Source: an uncultured Gemmatimonadales bacterium
GTDB lineage: Bacteria; Gemmatimonadota; Gemmatimonadetes; Longimicrobiales; RSA9
DNA length: 64,000 bases
Direction of reading: 5' to 3'
Assembly (NCBI GenBank): GCA_963798085.1
Contig: CAWCRS010000003.1
Coordinates: forward strand, 512,001 to 576,000
Shown here in pieces: positions 60,789 to 64,000 of this stretch. Below the pieces are notes generated by a model. It made no database searches, was not told the origin of the DNA, and was given only the letters and a program-made list of their open reading frames with translations. Made by a program: the position numbers and the translations under genes. Position 1 is the first letter of the stretch. Every line of letters begins with the position of its first letter.

Positions 60789-62153
60789 ATGGCCGTGAAG
60801 CGCGGGCAGGGGCCACAACCGTTGGAAGCGATGGCCACGAGTCTGGAGACGCGCAGCGAGGCGCTCGAGCCGCAGGCGGTGAAAGCGCCGCCCTCGGTAC
60901 CGGTGACGTCGGGGAAGATCGACGACGCCACGCGGCAGCGGCAGCTCTCGCGCATGAAGAGTCGCGCAACGGGCCTGCTGGCGTTCTGTGGCGTGCTTTT
61001 CGTGATCGCTCGCATCTTCGAGAGCCGCTACCCGTGGCTCGGCTACGTGCGTGCCACAGCTGAGGCCTCTCTCGTGGGTGGACTGGCGGACTGGTTCGCG
61101 GTGACCGCGCTGTTCCGCCACCCGCTGGGAATTCCGATTCCGCACACGGCGATCATTCCCGCACGCAAGGACCGCATTGGGCGCAGCCTGGGCGGTTTCG
61201 TGCAGAACAACTTCCTGTCGCGCGAGGTGATCGCCAGCCGCATTGCCGGTCTGCACCCGACGGAGCGCCTGGCGCGCTGGCTGAGTGTGCCCGAGAACAG
61301 TGCCAAGCTGGCGCGGCACGTGGCCGCCGGGTTGGCGGAGGGTGCGCAGGTACTGCGCGACGAGGACGTGCAGTCCATGATCGAGCGCGGGCTGGTGGAG
61401 CGGGTACGCCAGATTCCGGTGGCGCCGGTGGTAGGCAATGTGCTGGCGATGCTGACGGCGGATCAGCGGCACCAGCAGCTGCTGGATGAAGTGCTGCGGC
61501 TGGCCGCGCGCGCAGTCACTGACAACGAGGAAGTGATCCGGGACCGCATTCGCAAGGAAAGCCCGTGGTGGCTGCCCGAAGCAGTGGATGACAAGATCCA
61601 CGAGAAGATCGTGGGCGCGATCGAGCGCACGCTGATCGAAGTGAGCATGAATCCGGATCACGTCCTGCGCAGTCGCTTCGACGATGCGCTGCACAACTTC
61701 ATCGACAACCTCAAGAAGTCACCGGAGGCGAGGGCGCGGGCGGAGGCGATCAAGGAAGCGGTGCTGGCGCACCCTGCCCTGCAGGAATTTGCCGGCTCCA
61801 TCTGGAGCGATGTCAAGGACGCGCTGCTGCGGCGCGCCGAGCGTCCGGAGCGTGAGGGACCGGACGCGATCGAGCGCGGCCTCGTCCGCCTGGGCAACGC
61901 GGTGCTGGCGGATCCGGCACTGGTGGAGCGAATCGACTCCTGGATTCTCGACGGCGTCGTGTACGCGGTGGATCAGTACCGCAGCGAAGCAGGGCAGCTG
62001 ATCGCGGATACAGTGGGCCGCTGGGACCCGGACGCCACCTCGCGCAAGATCGAGCTGCAGGTCGGCAAGGACCTGCAGTTCATCCGCATCAACGGCACGC
62101 TGGTGGGCGGGCTGGTGGGCCTGCTGCTCTACATCATCATGCAACTCACCTGA
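60789..62153 (+). CDS. DUF445 family membrane protein
   Basis: VGGLADWFAVTALFRHPLG, DLQFIRINGTLVGG. Start uncertain. Confidence 0.9.
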   Translation: MAVKRGQGPQPLEAMATSLETRSEALEPQAVKAPPSVPVTSGKIDDATRQRQLSRMKSRATGLLAFCGVLFVIARIFESRYPWLGYVRATAEASLVGGLADWFAVTALFRHPLGIPIPHTAIIPARKDRIGRSLGGFVQNNFLSREVIASRIAGLHPTERLARWLSVPENSAKLARHVAAGLAEGAQVLRDEDVQSMIERGLVERVRQIPVAPVVGNVLAMLTADQRHQQLLDEVLRLAARAVTDNEEVIRDRIRKESPWWLPEAVDDKIHEKIVGAIERTLIEVSMNPDHVLRSRFDDALHNFIDNLKKSPEARARAEAIKEAVLAHPALQEFAGSIWSDVKDALLRRAERPEREGPDAIERGLVRLGNAVLADPALVERIDSWILDGVVYAVDQYRSEAGQLIADTVGRWDPDATSRKIELQVGKDLQFIRINGTLVGGLVGLLLYIIMQLT

Positions 62154-62159
62154 CTCGCC

Positions 62160-64000
62160 TCACAGCGAGCGCAGCACGGCGGCCGGGCTGACCCGGGCCG
62201 CACGGTGGGCCGGGTACCACGTGGCCAGCAGAGCCAGCAGCGTGCTGGACACGGCGACCCCGGCGAGGACCGTGCTGTCCGTCGGGGGAATGCCAAACAG
62301 CATGTTTGCCACGGTGTGACCCGCCGCCAGTGAGCCTGCCAGTCCGATCACGAGACCCGTCAGGGTGAGCCGCAGCGACTGCTTGAGGACCTGTGCTGCG
62401 ACGTCGCGCTCGCGTGCCCCGAGGGCCATGCGCACACCGATCTCCGGTATGGACTGCGATACCGTGTATGCCATGACGCCGGTGAGGCCGATGGCCGCCA
62501 GCAGCGCGGCCAGCACGCCGAAGCACACGATGAGGAGCGTGCGCAGCCGCGGCGCGAGCAGGTCGATGTCCATCATCTCGCGCATGGTGCGCAGGAAGGC
62601 GATGGGCAGGTTCGCGTCGATGTCACGGATGGCGGCACGCACCTGGGCATTGAAGGCGCGTGCGTCACCGTTGCCACGGACGAGGAATGTACTGGTGGCG
62701 GGAATGGCCTGGGCCGGCGACTGTGCATAGGTGATGTAGACCACCTGTTCGCCACCCGTCGACAGCGAGAATTCGTTCACGTTCGGCGCCACGCCCACTA
62801 CGCGGTACGGCTGGCCGAGCACTGCGAGCGACTGTCCCAGCGGATTGGCACCCTCGAACAGCTTCTTCGCCAGCGCCTCGTTGATCACGACCACGGGTTC
62901 GCCGCCCACACCATCCGTGCGCTGCAGCTCACGGCCGGCGCTGAGGTGAATGCCCATGGTACGGAAGTAATCTGGTGTTATGGGATGGAACAGGGCCGTG
63001 GGCGACCTGGCAGACACCGGATCGCCCGGGTGGCCGACCGGCAGTGGCTGGGCGCCGCCACTCAGCGGGTGCAGGTTCACCGCGGCCGCAGCCGTGACGC
63101 CGGGCAGGCGGGCCAGCGCGTCCGTGATCTGCTCGTGCAGTTCCACGCGACGGGGCGCGGGATAGCGCGCCGGATTCATGGTCACGCGCAACGTGAGCAC
63201 GTTTTCGGCGTCGTAGCCGGGACGCACGTGCTGCAGCTTCCACAGGCTGCGCCCCAGCAGCCCGGCGCCGAAGGAGAGCATCACGGCCAGCGCAGTCTCC
63301 AGCACGACGAGCGTGTGACGCAGGCGGGAGCCCGTGCGCGAGCCGGTGCTGCCACGCGCATTCTCGCGCAACGTGGCGCTGAATGAGAGGCGCGACCACT
63401 GCACGGCCGGAGCGAGCCCGAAGAGCACGGCGGTCAGCAGCGCCATACCGAATGCGAATGCAATGACGCGCGGATCCAGATTCACTTCCTCGCCGCGCGG
63501 GATGGCGGTACCGCCCAGGGCAATGATGCCGCGCGAGCCGAGATAACCCAGCCAGACGCCCACGGCGCCGGCGGCAAGCGCCAGCAGGAGGCTCTCGGTG
63601 AGCAGCTGGGCGATGAGGCGGGGACGGGCCGCGCCCAGCGCCCCGCGCACGGTGAGTTCGCGGCGGCGAACCGTAGCACGGCTGAGCAGCAGGTTGGCCG
63701 CGTTGGCGCAGCCGATGAGCAGCAGCAGCGCGACCGCGCCCGACAGCAGGTACAGCGTCGGCTTCACGTTGCCCGTCCTGGCTTCCTGGGCGGGTGTGAC
63801 CTGCACGTTGGCCGGGATGTTCAGCTGCGCGTAGTACGGGCCGATGCGTCCTTCGATCTCCTTCTTCGCCGCATTCGGCGTGAAGCCCGGGCGCAGGCGC
63901 AGCGTGGCCATGTATGCGCGGAAATTGCGCTGCGTGCGCAGCGCAGGCGGGGGCGGCGGCAGGAGCCGATACATCGCGGTCTCGATGTCCTGCACGGGGA
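62160..64000 (-). CDS. ADOP-type duplicated MacB/FtsX ABC permease (5' end outside the window)
   Basis: LLIGCANAANLLL, RGALGA..RLIAQLLTES, EIGVRMALGA, PAHRAARV. Confidence 0.92.
   Translation of the reverse strand, partial: PVQDIETAMYRLLPPPPPALRTQRNFRAYMATLRLRPGFTPNAAKKEIEGRIGPYYAQLNIPANVQVTPAQEARTGNVKPTLYLLSGAVALLLLIGCANAANLLLSRATVRRRELTVRGALGAARPRLIAQLLTESLLLALAAGAVGVWLGYLGSRGIIALGGTAIPRGEEVNLDPRVIAFAFGMALLTAVLFGLAPAVQWSRLSFSATLRENARGSTGSRTGSRLRHTLVVLETALAVMLSFGAGLLGRSLWKLQHVRPGYDAENVLTLRVTMNPARYPAPRRVELHEQITDALARLPGVTAAAAVNLHPLSGGAQPLPVGHPGDPVSARSPTALFHPITPDYFRTMGIHLSAGRELQRTDGVGGEPVVVINEALAKKLFEGANPLGQSLAVLGQPYRVVGVAPNVNEFSLSTGGEQVVYITYAQSPAQAIPATSTFLVRGNGDARAFNAQVRAAIRDIDANLPIAFLRTMREMMDIDLLAPRLRTLLIVCFGVLAALLAAIGLTGVMAYTVSQSIPEIGVRMALGARERDVAAQVLKQSLRLTLTGLVIGLAGSLAAGHTVANMLFGIPPTDSTVLAGVAVSSTLLALLATWYPAHRAARVSPAAVLRSL

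Overview
High-GC bacterial chromosomal segment of about 60 genes. The gene content (ADOP-type ABC permease, many secreted S9/M20/M55 peptidases, BNR/VPS10 protein, large Ig-like lipoprotein) suggests Gemmatimonadota or a similar lineage; this is inference only. I found no rRNA, tRNA, CRISPR array, transposase or integrase. Scattered single-base frameshifts in conserved genes point to an imperfectly polished long-read assembly. Main points: (1) a minus-strand operon (about 33922 to 28817) encoding an NAD-dependent reductase, a serine palmitoyltransferase-like enzyme, a bCerS-like GNAT, an AUR1/IPC-synthase-like PAP2 protein and a CPBP protease, i.e. a candidate ceramide/phosphosphingolipid pathway; (2) a SelW/Rdx selenoprotein missed by the ORF track (CxxU with in-frame UGA at 23026 and an fdhF-like SECIS hairpin), translationally coupled to pfkA; (3) a suf operon with a near-consensus sigma70 promoter and a Fur-like box; (4) an orphan GyrA/ParC paralogue with a degenerate GyrA-box; (5) a LeuD-LeuC-like fused dehydratase followed by an unannotated micro membrane protein and a sodium:solute symporter; (6) a probable S-layer-like lipoprotein with tandem promoters; (7) two structured intergenic regions and a small unannotated ORF with a possible AUU start.
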